Positions 26,113 through 38,894 of a stretch of 64,000 nucleotides of DNA are shown here, piece by piece; the first letter of the stretch is position 1, and each line of letters starts with the position of its first letter. Source of the DNA: Lama glama (Eukaryota); assembly GCA_028534125.1 (NCBI GenBank), contig CM052829.1:18662001-18726000 (forward strand), read 5' to 3'. The position numbers and the translations under genes were made by a program. The notes beneath the pieces were generated by a model. It made no database searches and was not told the origin of the DNA. It worked only from the letters and a program-made list of their open reading frames with translations.

Positions 26113-26203
26113 TGTAGTGTGTTGGCTGGTGCCTGCACAAAGGTATGCCCACCAGGAACCTGTGGAGGTGACTTATTTGTAGAAAGGTATCAGTTGCAGT
26201 ACT
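26113..26203 (+). mobile_element. MLT1B/C-like LTR 5' piece, interrupted by MLT2
   Basis: 'tgtagtgtgttggctggtg...caaaggtatgcccaccaggaacctgtggaggtgacttattt...gttgcag'. Confidence 0.55.
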
Positions 26204-26691
26204 TGTAATACTCAGGGATCCTCGGAGAAACAGAACTAGTAGATTATGTATGCATAGACATATGAAGAGACTTACTATAGGAATTAACTCATGCAATTAT
26301 GGAGGCCAAGAAGTCCCACAGTCTGCTATCTGCAGGCTGGACAACTGGAAAAGTTTGTGGTTTAATTCAGTCTGAGCCTGCAAGCCTGAGAACCAGGAGA
26401 GACAATGGTGTAACGTCCAGGCTGAGGCTGAAGGCCTCAAACCTTGGGTCTGTTGATGTAGGTCCCAGGGTCTGAAGGCTGAAGAACCAGGAGCTCCAAC
26501 ATCAGAGAGCAAGAGAGATGAATGTCTCATCTCTCTCTCTCTTTCTCTCTTCATCTGGATCCTTTAATGCACACCTTCTCAATCTTTACAAGAATCACAC
26601 AGGGTAACTGTCACCCTTCCTCTGCCTTTTTCCTCTGTTGGAACCCTCAGTGGATTGGATTGGATGATGCTCATCTACACTGGTGAGGGCA
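26204..26691 (-). mobile_element. ERVL MLT2 LTR, running into a gap
   Basis: 'agggatcctcggagaaacagaactagtag...aggaattaactcatgcaattatggaggccaagaagtcccacagtctgctatctgcaggctgg...ggattggatgatgctcatctacactggtgagggc'. Confidence 0.85.
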
Positions 26692-26830
26692 NNNNNNNNN
26701 NNNNNNNNNNNNNNNNNNNNNNNNNNNNNNNNNNNNNNNNNNNNNNNNNNNNNNNNNNNNNNNNNNNNNNNNNNNNNNNNNNNNNNNNNNNNNNNNNNNN
26801 NNNNNNNNNNNNNNNNNNNNNNNNNNNNNN

Positions 26831-27295
26831 CAGTACTTTGTTCCTTTTTATGGTCATATCAGCACTTCATTCCTTTTTATGGCTGAAAAATATTTCATTG
26901 GATGGATAGACCGCTTTTGTTTACCCATTCATCTATATGCAGATTGTTTCCACTTTTTGATTATTATGAATAATGTTGCTATAAACATACAAGTATAAGT
27001 TGTTGTATAAACATATGCTTTCAATTCATTTGGATATATGACTAAGAGTAGAGTTGCTGGGTCCTATGATTTTTCTATGTTTAAGTTTTTGAGGAACAGC
27101 CAAATGGTTTTCCACAGGGGCAGCACCATTTTACCTTCCCAGTAGCAACGCGTGAAGATTCCGATTTCTCCACATCCTCACTAACACTTGTTATTTCCTT
27201 TCTTTTTTACATTAGAGTCAGCCTCGTGGGTGTGAAGTGGCATCTTGCTGTGGTTTTGATTTGTATTTCTTTAATGACTAATGTTTTGAGCATGC
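26831..27295 (-). mobile_element. L1MB ORF2 3' region
   Basis: 'ttcctttttatggctgaaaaatatttcattgg...ttttgaggaacagccaaatggttttccacag...gtgtgaagtggcatctt...gttttgatttgtatttc'. Confidence 0.85.
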
Positions 27296-28379
27296 AATCA
27301 CTTTTAACACTTCAGAATAGTCCATTGTATGTATTTCATACATACAGCCCTGATTTACTTCATAATTTATTTAAGCCGTTCCCTACTGATGGACAGGCAG
27401 AATTTCCCCAAATCTTTTTGCCATTATATGCATATTTGTGGTATATCTGTTTACTTTGCTCAGTAAATAAAGTTCTTTAAAGTTTTAGGATTAAGATTTC
27501 TAGAGAAAAAAATGCTCGTTTCACATTTTAACACAGACTAGCAAACGGTCCTCCTGAACGGTTGTGCTTATTTTCTAGTGGTGCCTGCTTTGCCACATGC
27601 TGGTTAACAATGTCGCAACTGAGCCACTGAACCTTGGTGCACAAGAAATGTCGTATTTCTTTATTAAAAAAAAACTTAATTAGACTGAGTGGTCTATCCT
27701 GTTGACGTGGGAAAGGGGATTAAATTACAGCCCTAAATGGGGAATCTCCTCCAAACCTGTTCCCTACCCCAAGCCGCAAGTGTCTTGCAAAAATCCCTGG
27801 GGATTCTTACAACTATTCCAGTGCAGCAGAGAGCTCCTGTAGTAGCCCCACGGGGCTACTGCAGCCATGCTTCTTCTCCAAGGCCTCACCATCCCTTGGC
27901 ATCTGATAATTTTGCTGTTTCCATGCCGTACTTGGGGGTCTTTAAAAGGCTGTGAATGTAGAGCTGGTGTCCAGGCTCCCCAGGTTGCTGCCCCCAAGAG
28001 GACTCAGTTCCTGCTGACCTCACCACCCTATGAACTTCCAGCTTCTTCTCTTTCCCTGTAAATCATGCTCTGTCTTCTTCCGTCTTTGTGTCCATTTCTC
28101 TCTCCATCTTCTCCCCACCTCTCAGTGCAGCCGATTGCCTCAGTAAGTTTAGTTGTGTACAAATGACAGGAAAAGCCGGGCAGATTTTGCCTGCCAAATC
28201 TGGAAAAATCCACGAGTTAAGAAAACAGAAAGGTCGGAGAAGGGTAGAATACGCTTACAGGAAGAACAAACACAAATTAATTGCTCTAATTATTCTGTTT
28301 AATTATGTCTGTCCATCTTTTTCATCCCTGTTAATCTGATATACAAAAATGGCCATTTTTTCCTTTGCTCATTTTTCTC

Positions 28380-29220
28380 GAGGTGTTCACTGCCTTCCAC
28401 ACTGATAGAAATCTTTTTAATCTTTGTGAACCTAATAGGTATCAGATTGTATTTTGTTTTAATTTCTATGTATTTTATTTAGCAATGTTGGCCAACCTCT
28501 CCCATGTTTGTTTTTTACTTAATAAATCTGTTCTGCGAATTGCTTTTTCATTTTCCTTGCCCATTTCCTAATGAGCATTTGACTTTCTTACCGATGTGGA
28601 GACACTCTTTATAACAAAGATACTCATCCCTTCAAATGTGTCACAAATATTTTCTCTTAATCTGTTATTTCCTGGCCAAGTTTTCTATGGTCTTAAAGTT
28701 TCCAATTTTATGTAAGCAATTGACAATATTTTCCTTTTTAGTTTCCGTATTTTTACCCAAGGGTCACAATAGACTTTTTCTACACCAAGAAGTATTTTAT
28801 TTTGGTACTCCCATATTTTAATCTTTATGTTCTTCATCTGCATATTTAAACTATCTGAATTGTGGATGTGAGGAAAGAATATAATTTTTTCCTATTTTGG
28901 GTATCAGATTTTCCCTAACTATGTATTGATTCTTCCATCAGTAATTCACTGATTTCAATTGCTATCTTTTCCTCATAACATTTTCTAATTAGTATTGCAG
29001 ATGTATATAATTAATTCTATATATTTGCCTTATTTCTAACCATCTTACTGAACTCTAACGTTAAACTATCAGTGATTTCTTTTGGTTTTCTAAGTATAAG
29101 AATAGTAGCATTATCAAAGAGAGAGAGTTTTAGCCTTGATATAAACATCAATGAAATTATACAGTTTTCTTCACATGAGTTTTATGTATTTCTTGTTAAA
29201 TTTAGTTCTTATTACTGTTG
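28380..29220 (-). mobile_element. Degenerate L1M ORF2 fragments
   Basis: 'ttttaatctttgtgaacctaatagg...ttttccttgcccattt...caaatattttctc...ggatgtgaggaaagaatataatttttt'. Confidence 0.5.
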
Positions 29221-30149
29221 GGAATAGAGTAGATATGTGAGCACAGGTCTATTTGTTTTACTGAATGCATAGAACATCTTGAGTAATATTAAATAATAAA
29301 GCTGAACCCCTTCCTTTCCTTTAAAGATACTTGGCTGCTAGTGAATGCACATTTAAAATATTTAAGGGACTTGCCAAGTTACCCTGCTAAATTTTTCTCC
29401 AGTTTATACTCCCACTAGAGTATCTGAGTGTCCATTTCCTACACTCATGTTGGAAAAGGGTCATCATGTGTAATGATTCATCTGAATTTTTCATGAAATG
29501 AACATGATCTCCGAAGCAGTAAATCAGATCACCCTAGCAATAGTTTGGCATATTTCTCTCCTGGTCTTGCTTTCCAAGTTCACCAACCATGGGCTCAAAT
29601 TCTTTGCTCTGCTGCTGGCACTTTCTCCACTCAGCTCACAGCATCCTATGTCACCTCAATATTGGCTGTAGCTTAGCTGTTCCTCCCTTATATTTGATTT
29701 GCTAACTCACTCCTACTTGCAAGAGATGGAGTTGGCCTGGTCAGTCAGACACTGGCCAAGTGGAGCAGGATGTGTCAGGACTGGGTTTCCCAGGGATTGG
29801 AGCTGGAACTAAGTCAAAGTCCAGAGGTTGAAAAGCAGAAGATTCCCTGTACAAACAACGGGAAGACCAAGTGCAAACACTGGACCCAAGTTTTAAACCC
29901 AAACACAGCCTGCTCCTTGCCGAGCTTATCAGCCTCTCTCTGACTAGGACCCAGTAACAAATCTTTATGCATCACAGTTGATGTCAAAGCTTAAATGAAA
30001 AAGAGAGCCAAGTGAAGACATTAATATAACCATATCTATGGTGAAAATTCATTTCTTTCCCCACTGAAAGTACAGAGGTGACTTTTCTCTACAAAGGTCC
30101 TCAGGGACCCAGGCTACTTGCCAAGCCTTTCACTTGACCATGCCTTTTC

Positions 30150-30450
30150 CTCCAGAACCAAAATGGGACTTCAGTCATTGCATTCACATTCCAAGGAGTA
30201 GACTGAAAAAATAGAGGAAGAAGGGTCAAAGAGCTGGTGACAACTGCCTTTGATGGAAGGTTCTTGGATGCTGGCACAAGACACTTTCACTAGATTCCAT
30301 TGGTTGGAACTCCGTCACATAGCCACACCAAGTTGCAAGGGAGGCTGAAAAGGTAGCCTTTGTTTAGGGTGGCCATGTGCCTATCTAGAAGTTCTATTAC
30401 TGTTGAAGAGGAGAGAATAGATATTAAGGAGTCATTAGTAATTATTGCCA
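30150..30450 (-). mobile_element. MaLR LTR (MLT1J-like)
   Basis: 'ccattggttggaactccgtcacatagccacaccaagttgcaagggaggctg...ggtggccatgtgcc...gagagaatagatatt'. Confidence 0.7.
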
Positions 30451-30479
30451 AAGAGTCATCTAAATTAAATGAATTAGGC

Positions 30480-31066
30480 CTCACAATTTAACAGAGGAAG
30501 ACAAACATAGGAATGAACAAATGAAAAAACTTTTACATTATGGCTAAATTTCGATGAAGTATGCAAGAGAAGGCTGGGGTACAAAGGAATAATTGATTAA
30601 TTCTACCAGGAACAGAGAGGATGGGGAGGTTTTATATAAGAGGAGATGTTGCAACTAAGTTTTTGAAGATGAGTAGATTTTTGCCAGGGGCTCTATAAAG
30701 AAGGATATTAGAAATTATAAGAGCAACTTAGGCATAGAAGAGTAAAATATGAGGGTGCCATAAAAAATGTGGCTGTATTACCATCTAGCTGGCAGGTACA
30801 AAGGAAGTGGGTAGAGTAGTAAGAACTGAGTCTGGAGAAGTAGTTGGGGACCAGAAAATGAATAGCCATGTGAACCCTACTTAGGAGTTTGGCCTTTGCT
30901 GTCTAAGTAATAGGGACAAGATCTGAGTTACAGAATTATAAAATCAGATTTGATAATTATTTTGAAGAATAATTTGCAAAGAGAAGGACTGGATGAAAGC
31001 TATGCGGAGAAGAAAATGTTGAGCAAGTCTTTTAGATTCTTGGTATGGATGTCTAGATGGCTGGGG
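30480..31066 (-). mobile_element. L2, left part
   Basis: 'gaggagatgttgcaactaagttttgaagatgagtaga...ttaggagtttggcctttg...tttagattcttggtatggatgtctagatgg'. Confidence 0.65.
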
Positions 31067-31389
31067 CATCAGTTTCAGGATTCTCCAGAGAACAGAACCA
31101 GGACGATTGTGGGTGCTGGCATGTCTGCACTATGTAGGGGAAGCCAGCAGGCAGGAAATTCTCAAGCTGGAGCTGATGCTGCTGCCTTGAGGCCAAATTT
31201 CTTCTTTTTCAGGAAAGCCTCAATTTTGCTTTACCATTGATTGGATGAGGTCCAGTCAGATTATAAAGATAATCTCCTTTGCTTAAAGTCAACTGATTGT
31301 GGATGTTAACCACATCTGTAAAATATCTTCACAGCGAGATTTATTTGATAACCGTGTACGAGAGCCTAGGCATTAAACTGACCGTTATA
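31067..31389 (-). mobile_element. ERVL MLT2D-like LTR inserted in L2
   Basis: 'ggattctccagagaacagaacc...ttgattggatgaggtcc...ataatctcctttgcttaaagtcaactgattgtggatgttaaccacatct'. Confidence 0.8.
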
Positions 31390-32150
31390 GGTGGTGACAC
31401 TATTAACTGTATGGACACAGCAGAAAAAGCGAATGAGAAGTAGAAATGTGTTTGGTTTTAGACACGTTGAGAGTGAGGAAACTACAGTGCATCTAGGAGA
31501 ACGGAGACACTGTATGGCATTTGAGAATGTGTTCTGGAGGTAGTTCAAACACAAATAGGAATGAGATTCCACAGGAGGAGTACATGAACAGCGGAGGCAA
31601 ATGCTCACTCATGTAAGTGAGCTAAGAGGGCGGGCCAGAGATTTAAGGCAATAGGGAGTGGTGAGGACCATGGCAACTGGAGAGCAAATGTCCAGTCTCT
31701 ATAGAGCAACCACTATTTAGATCCAACTAACTAACTATGCATAAGTGTTGGTCTTGGGTTGTCAAATCTTTCCATTTCTTTAAAAGAACCTGGAAAGTCC
31801 AAAGGAATAAGTGAAAAGTTAAAGTTTCAAAGACTGTTTCTTAAACTTGCATGAAATACTGTTGAGCACAAATTGAATATATCTGTGGCCTGTATCAGTT
31901 TGTGGGCCTCTATCTGAAAGACACTGAAGAAGAGTTAGACTAGAAGACAGTGGATGAAACTGGGAACTCCAACATTTGAGGGTCAATATGAGAATGCGTC
32001 AGACTGCGTCATACAAGGACTAAAATGAGGTGCCTTAAAATATGACTATTAGAAGTTAATTGGTGAATTAGCTTGTGAATTATTTTAGTAGTATGGTGGA
32101 GACAAAAGATGGCTTGCACATGTTGAAGAATGTTGGACTATTCTTTCAAG
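31390..32150 (-). mobile_element. L2, right part
   Basis: 'gtggtgacactattaactg...tttggttttagacacgttgag...gggaactccaacatttgagggt'. Confidence 0.6.
31670..31920 (+). mobile_element. hAT MER103-like DNA element inside L2
   Basis: 'gttgtcaaatctttccatttctttaaaagaacctggaaa...atatctgtggcctgtatcagtttgtgggcct'. Confidence 0.45.
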
Positions 32151-34019
32151 ACCTACCTCATAAAGAATTTTTTTTTCACTTAAGCAGTTTAGTAACTCCC
32201 ACCTCACCTTCAGCTCCTGAGAACACAATGTACGCTTCTTGCTCCCTTCATGGTTCTGTGCTCAGATTGAGGGAATATGTGGTTCTGTGTTCCTCGAACA
32301 CTTTGATCCTCCTGGTTCCTGGGGCTTAAGGGGTGCAAACAAAAAAGATCAAATAAACCATAAATGCAATTTATTTCTACCAATAAATTCTATGTGAGTT
32401 TGTACAAAACAATTAACACACATTGCAGCAATTTATGAACACTGCCCTAGACAGAATCACTGCAGCTTCACATATTTCACCAAAATAAGATATACACAAA
32501 ATGCTCATTCTTCCCAAGACTCTAAGTCCTCCAGAAAGTAAGTTAATCAAAGGTGAAGGAACTTGAAGTTTGTAGCATCTTCTACTTGTCAATTTAGGAT
32601 GTAATCACCAGTCACATCTATAATTTTCCTATGTTCTAAGAACAGAAAGATTGAAGGAAAGTTTCCAATGCAGCTGAAATTGTGTTTGTCCATGAATGAG
32701 GAAAAAGTGCTCATTTATGTGTGCACACGTGTGTGTGTGTGTCTGTATATGCACACATGAACAAAAAACTTTATTTCCTCGTGGGTTTATGCCAATCAGC
32801 AGGACTCTGCAAGCTGCTTTCATGGTCCATGAACAAAGCTGCATTCTTGGTATCAGGTTTGAGATGGCAACCAGAAGTGAAGGCTAATCCCCAAGCAGTG
32901 ACTCTTCTCGAGAAGTAAATGTAGAGTCTTTAGAGACTGGCCCTAGCAAAAGCAGGAGGAAGCCTCACGTGTGTTGAAAGTTAAAGGAATAAAGAAAAGT
33001 CTGTTGCCCGTAGATGTCCCCACCCTGTAACCAAAGTCCCTTTTCAATACCCTGGGATTTCACTAATTGTAGGTGAATATGGATTAACACACTTCAAATG
33101 CAAAATCCCAGACAGGAAAAAGCAGTTATTCCAACTTTAGGTTTGATGAGTTGGTTTTTCTGTTTACACTTCTCTGAGATCAGCAGGTTTCAAAGAATGT
33201 GAGTTTGATGGAAAGGGAAACTGGAAAAAAAAAAAGTAGTGCTGTCTTAGAACTAGAGAACCTTCAGAGGAGGCAAGGAGGAGAAGACGGAGAAGACACC
33301 GGACTCCTGGGCAGTGGGGGAGGAGGAATCTGGGCGAGGATAAGGGGACAGTTAGGAGATAGAGGACCAGGAAATTGAGCTGAAATGCTGAGGAGCAAAG
33401 ATAAATTTTATCTATGTCCTATTGCCACTTGAGTGTCCTTACGGTCAAGAATGAAATGCTTTTCCTGGTGGCAAGTTGACCGGCAGCTGCCTGGGCTGGG
33501 GTGGAGGATGGTGAGGGCAGGGAAGAGAAGGAATTGATCCCACTCAGAAATGCAGGGCTAAAGTGAAAATGAGGAAGAACTGAATTAAAATATCTCAGAT
33601 TCATTAAGAAACCATGGTAGTTGAGGGATGAATCATCAGGGGACTGCCACAGAAATCACTTCTAACATCCTCATCTACTGGAGAGGAATTTTTCTCAAAT
33701 CTGACTTCTCCAATTTGGCTAAACATAAATTGAAACTCTGGGTATGTGTATATACTTATATAAAATTATAGTAGCTAATACCATTTAATTGTACAATTAC
33801 TCTTACTTGTTAGTAATGTGACTTTAATTTGTCCTAGGTAATTTTGTTTAGGTGACTGTAGTTGTGTTAGTTCTTGCAATTTAAATGTATCTGCCATAAT
33901 TTTTATGTTAGAGAAGGAGTTAAAAAACTAGTGCTCAATTAGTTTTCAATATCTTATATTCACATACAGATTTACTGTGCTTTTGTTTTTTTGGACTGAA
34001 CAGTAGATGTTACAAGAGA

Positions 34020-34150
34020 ATTTAACCTTTTAATCTTCACAAACTCCCTGAGAAAGACATTAGTATTTCTATTTTACAGCTAAAGGAACTGAGGGTCAGA
34101 GAGGCTGAGTTTTCAGGTTTCCTAGTCCCAAGAGCAGCACTAAACTCTGA
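34020..34150 (-). mobile_element. MIR fragment
   Basis: 'tttaatcttcacaaactccctgag...attttacagctaaaggaactgagggtcagagagg'. Confidence 0.7.
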
Positions 34151-35555
34151 GCCCCAAATCTGGGCACCAGTATTGGGACATCCTTTGGCTGTAATTCAGG
34201 ATCATTCTTAACACTGCATAAAGAGGAGAACAACTTCCTTCTCTACCTTGTTTGTGACTCTGTTAGAGTTATTTAGTCACACAAGTTGATCAGGGGGCAT
34301 CAGGAGGAGGCAAGCAATTAGTAAGTAATCTTACTAAGCTGAACAACACGTAGAATGCCACAGAGTGTGGTTAAAATTACAACTATTGACTTTTAGAAGA
34401 GTAAGTAGAACATCAGATTCCTGACAACTTGTCTTTCCACGTATTTCTCTGGTACCGGTGGCTGAGGCCTAGCAAATTTTGTCTTCATGTTTGTTGTGAA
34501 AGAGAAAATCCTTTTCACTACTTGAGAGCTCTTGGTTTTGTTCTAAAGGTTAAGTCAAATGAAGTAGAGAGTATGACTAAATATGATAGATAAAAATAGA
34601 AGAACTGTGTGTGTCAGACATGAAAACTTAAGAAGACCTATGTTCTTCTTACACTCTTATTTCTCTTAAGCTTCCTAGGGTATGCTAAATTTTTGCAAAA
34701 AGTCAGGAGGTTTAGAAACCACACAGAGAAACATTCCTTGGAAAGAGGAACTCTTCAATGGTCTAANNNNNNNNNNNNNNNNNNNNNNNNNNNNNNNNNN
34801 NNNNNNNNNNNNNNNNNNNNNNNNNNNNNNNNNNNNNNNNNNNNNNNNNNNNNNNNNNNNNNNNNNNNNNNNNNNNNNNNNNNNNNNNNNNNNNNNNNNN
34901 NNNNNNNNNNNNNNNAGATTTCCTAAGAGGCACACATTGGAGTATTTCAAACTTTCTCTGTTGATTTTAGATCAGACCTGGGGCTCAGCTGTAGAAAGAA
35001 TTTCAAGTACAGAACAGAACAGAAGCAGAGGCATCCATCATGTGGCTCATAAAGTGCATAAATTTACTGTTTACTTCTTAAGAATGATTCAGCACTCGTA
35101 TTTATAATAATAAAATGCTACACAACTGCCAGTAAATATCGGAAAGGCTAAACTTTCTAGATACAGTGCAGTAATTATTCTAGCCTGACAAAACTTTTCT
35201 TAAGGCTTGATAGCAAAGAAGGAGAAAAAGCACTTCAAAACTTTAAAAGAATCTTAATTAAATAAAATATAATTAGAGCTAGTTGCCCTTTGAGTCCATT
35301 TTCCTTTTGTCCTACTGGGTGTGGACCTAGCTACAATAAATTGCTTAAGCTCTCTAAACCTCAGCTTATTTTTCTATAAAATAGGGGAAGTAGTAAGAAC
35401 CCAAACAAAAGCACAGGACTCTTTCAGTTGCAAATAAGAGATACTCAGGTCAAAATGGCAAAATAAAAGGAAAGAATGTACTGACTGTACAGAAGTTGCC
35501 TTGCATCAGTGTGGCCGGATCCTGATTCAAACAATGTCTCTGAAAATTCAGCCAC

Positions 35556-36490
35556 TGCTGTAGACTCAATTTTTGTGTCCTCAAAACTCATATGCTGATA
35601 ACCACTATATATAAAAATTTTTTTAAAAAGGATAATATGTATTCATCTACAAAACACAAACAGACTTACAGACATAGTAAACAATCTATGGTTACTGGGG
35701 AAAGGGGTGGAAGGGATAAAGTTGGAAGTTTGAGATTTACAAATGTTAGCCACTATACATAAAAATAGATGAAAAAGAGTTTCTTCTGTATAGCACAGGG
35801 AACTATGTTCAATTTCTTGTAATAACCTTTAATGAAAAATACATGAAAATAAATATAAGTATGTATATGCATGACTGGGACATTGTGCTGTCCACCAGAA
35901 ATTGACCCATTGTAACTGACTGCACTTCAATAAAAAATAAAAATAAAATAAATTAAAAAAATATAAAAACCAAATTTCTTCTGTATAGCACAGGGAACTA
36001 TATTTAATAACTTGCAATAATCTTTAATGAAAAAGAATATGAAAACAAATATATGTATATATATGCATGACTGGGACATTATGCTGTACACCAGAAACTG
36101 ACACATTGTAACTGACTATACTTCAATAAAAATTAATTAATTAATTTTAAAAAACCTCATGTTGAAATCTAATTCCCAGTGTGATGGTGTTTGGATGTGG
36201 GGCCTTTGAGAGGTGATTAGGTCGAGAAGGTTATGAGGTGACCTCATAAAAAAGAGTGGTACTTTGTAAGAGAGACTCCAGAGAGCACCCTTGCCCCATC
36301 TTCCATGTGAGGACACAGTGAGAAAATGACATCTATGAACTAGGAAGCAGGCCCTCACCAGACACCAAGTCTGCTAGGCATCTTGATCGTGGACCTCCCA
36401 TCCTCCAGAATGGAGAGAAATGAATTTCTATTGTTTATAAGCCACCCAGTTTACAGTATTTCATTATAGCAGCCCGAACAGACTAAGACA
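35556..36490 (+). mobile_element. MLT1A0-like solo LTR, interrupted by L1 inserts
   Basis: Starts tgctgtagactcaatttttgtgtcc and ends gcagcccgaacagactaagaca; 5-bp TSD gccac (35551-55)/gtcac (36491-95). Confidence 0.85.
35599..36150 (+). mobile_element. Two young lineage-specific (camelid/cetartiodactyl-type) L1 3' ends, one nested in the other
   Basis: Two similar copies of 'tttcttctgtatagcacagggaacta...gcatgactgggacatt.tgctgt.caccagaaa.tgac.cattgtaactgact..acttcaataaaaa' (about 35780-35937 and 35975-36132), each with an A-rich tail. Confidence 0.85.
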
Positions 36491-37378
36491 GTCACTTTCG
36501 ATGCCTTGGCTCTACTTTCTTCTGTTAGACCCATCCCTCAGGCAGGCTTTCCTCATGAGGCAAGATGGCCTCAAACAACTCCAGCTGATATCCAACCAGC
36601 TTCAAAAAGAGAAGGTCTGTGGCTCAACTGTTACAGTCTAATCATTGATCAGCAATGACTGTGATTAACATGAGCTGGATGTTGTGTTTATTTCTGAATC
36701 ACCTCTTGCAATAAGGCAGATGTGACATTTTATTGGCCTAGTCCAGGCTATACGCCCATTCCATAAATTAGAGGTAGAGTCAGCTCCACTCAAACAGTAG
36801 GAATTTGAGAATAGATGAGGAGTGGCAGTTCCCCGTAGAAAATCTAGGTGCTGTGGTGACACAGAGAATGTATTAGGGTGACCATGATCATCAAAAATAA
36901 TACATGTACATAAGATATTATGTGAACATAAGGGATTTATTATGCCAGGTATTACTTAATTAGGATTTCTCTAAAAAGATTCTTCCATTTTTCAACAATG
37001 ACATTTGAGGTTTTCTAACCTGAAACATCTGAGTTATCCATCTCTTGAAGGCCTCTGTTTCAGTTTGCCAAATTCTCCTCTGTAGTGATGGTAGCAAATT
37101 CTCATAGAGCTGATTGCAGGATTAAAGAACCACTAAGTATTATTTTTAGCATAAGGATCTGAATTTCTCTAAAAAAGATTAAGCAGGCCTTTGGCATCCA
37201 AATAACAAAATGTCTTAAATGAGTAGAAGAGAATAGTATGATCTTATTTTGTAATTACAAAATAAATGGTTCATTCTTTGAATAATACATCTGCATGGGA
37301 GGGAGCACAAATTTTGACACTGGTATTATATATTTGTTATTTGAACACTTAGTGAAAAGCAGCTCTCTGAGTTTTAAT

Positions 37379-37763
37379 TGTTAGACACTGGCTAGGTGGT
37401 CATCAATCCCAGTTCCTACTCCTAGGCAGATTTAACAGCCTCTTTGCATTGGGTTGATACCGTGTAACTCTCTCTGGCCAATGGAATATGGGCAGAGGTG
37501 ATTTAATCTGCGTCTAGGCCTGGCCCTTAAAATTCTTAGAAAATCTTGGGCAATTCTTCAGTCCTATCATCAGATGTGACACCATGAGAAGTCACATTAG
37601 AACCTGGGAGATTTATAAGCTTGCAAGAGCCTGAATCCCTGAGCTAGCAGGAGCTCTTACCACGAGAACCACCAGACCAACTTTGAAATGTCACAAAGAA
37701 GAATGAATTTTTATTGTACTAAATCTCTGATCTGGGGATTGCTTATTACAACCTGCTGAATAC
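37379..37763 (+). mobile_element. MaLR LTR (MLT1H/I-like)
   Basis: 'cagcctctttgcattggg...tctggccaatggaatatgggcagaggtgat...ttttattgtactaaatctctgatctggggattgcttattaca'. Confidence 0.7.
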
Positions 37764-38009
37764 AATGAGCACGTCTAGAACAAAATAAAATTTCACTAAT
37801 AATAACTTCCTTCATTTCTAGACAAATCTACACAGAAGCACATGAATGGGTGAGAACAGCAATTGATTCAGGCTTCCCTAGATGCTAGAGGAAGTTTTCC
37901 TTATTCTTTCCATCATCTGGGTAAAAATAGCTGAAGAAATAATGAACAAGTTTGAGTCTTTTATTATTCATGCTTAAAATCAGACAATTACTATACGCCA
38001 AGGTTGTGC

Positions 38010-38560
38010 CAAAAGTTACTATGCACCTACAAGCTCTCAAGCACAAAATATTCAAATTGAATCCATTATCTTCCTCTATATTGCCCTCAACCTCCACCTC
38101 AATTCCCTATCTCTTTGAATGACATCACCATCTACCTAACAGCCTAGGCCAAAAAAATTGAGAATCATCCTTAATTCCTATTTCTCTTTAACTGGGTCCT
38201 GTACACCTTACTCTCACATAATTCCTTAATCTGTATATTTCTCTCCATTTTATCACCACTATTCTGTCTAGTCCAAACCACCTTTATTTCTCACCTAGAT
38301 TATTGAAATAGATTCATTATTTGTTCTTCTTATCCTGGTCTTGTCGCTTATCCACTTAGCAGCTAGATTCATCTTTCTAAAATGCCAGTCTAACTGTGTC
38401 AGTGTCATACTTAAAATCTTTCCATAGCTGCATATTATTCTCAGGATAGTCCAAATTCCGTGGTATGTCTTACAAGACTCTTCACGATCTGGTTGTTGCT
38501 TCCCTCTCCAGCTTGTCCGTTGCCATTTCACTCAATACTTAAAATCCAACCAGTCATTGC
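38010..38560 (+). mobile_element. L2 fragment
   Basis: 'tgaatgacatcaccatctaccta...gaatcatccttaattcc...tctcacctagatt...tctttctaaaatgccagtctaactgtgtc'. Confidence 0.7.
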
Positions 38561-38679
38561 CAGGAATAATTCTTATGTATCTGATCCTTCCAAGATGGTA
38601 TTTTGTTAAATTCATAGACACAAGAACATTTTGAGTAATTTATATCTGCTTCTATGGTACTCTTTAATTCTATCACCTT

Positions 38680-38880
38680 GCCAGGCTTGTAGTATTTGTG
38701 GGGCTCAGAGAAAAAGGCCCACTTACCTTATGTCTAAATATCTAGAAGTTATCAATTGAACTAACAGACTATTAAACAAAACATATTCTATTTTCCCAAC
38801 CCACCAAATATATTCAGACTAACCTGAAAGGTCAGTTCTGAATATTGAATTATGTTTCTTCAGCTGCACTGGAAGATGAC
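38680..38880 (+). mobile_element. Possible hAT-Tip100-like DNA transposon end
   Basis: 'ccaggcttgtagtatttgtggggctcag...aggcccacttaccttatgtctaaatatctagaagttatcaatt' recalled as an ancient hAT terminus; family uncertain. Confidence 0.35.
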
Positions 38881-38894
38881 AGCAGTGTGAGATC

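Larger units (their letters stand above)
35412..36890 (-). mobile_element. Old MaLR LTR (MLT1K/L-like), split into 35412-35555 and 36491-36890
   Basis: 'ggactctttcagttgcaaataagaga...' resumes as 'ttggctctactttcttctgttagacccatccctcaggcaggct...caagatggcc...attggcctagtccaggc'. Confidence 0.6.

Noticed and set aside
19746-26691. Two same-orientation MLT2 LTRs ~6 kb apart as a full ERVL provirus
   Set aside because: The intervening DNA holds older L2/MIR/L1ME/MER20 elements and no gag/pol, and the second LTR has no adjacent PBS, so these are independent insertions.
35780-36132. Direct repeat pair as an array or CRISPR-like system
   Set aside because: Only two ~155-bp copies, both explained as L1 3' ends, in a eukaryotic genome
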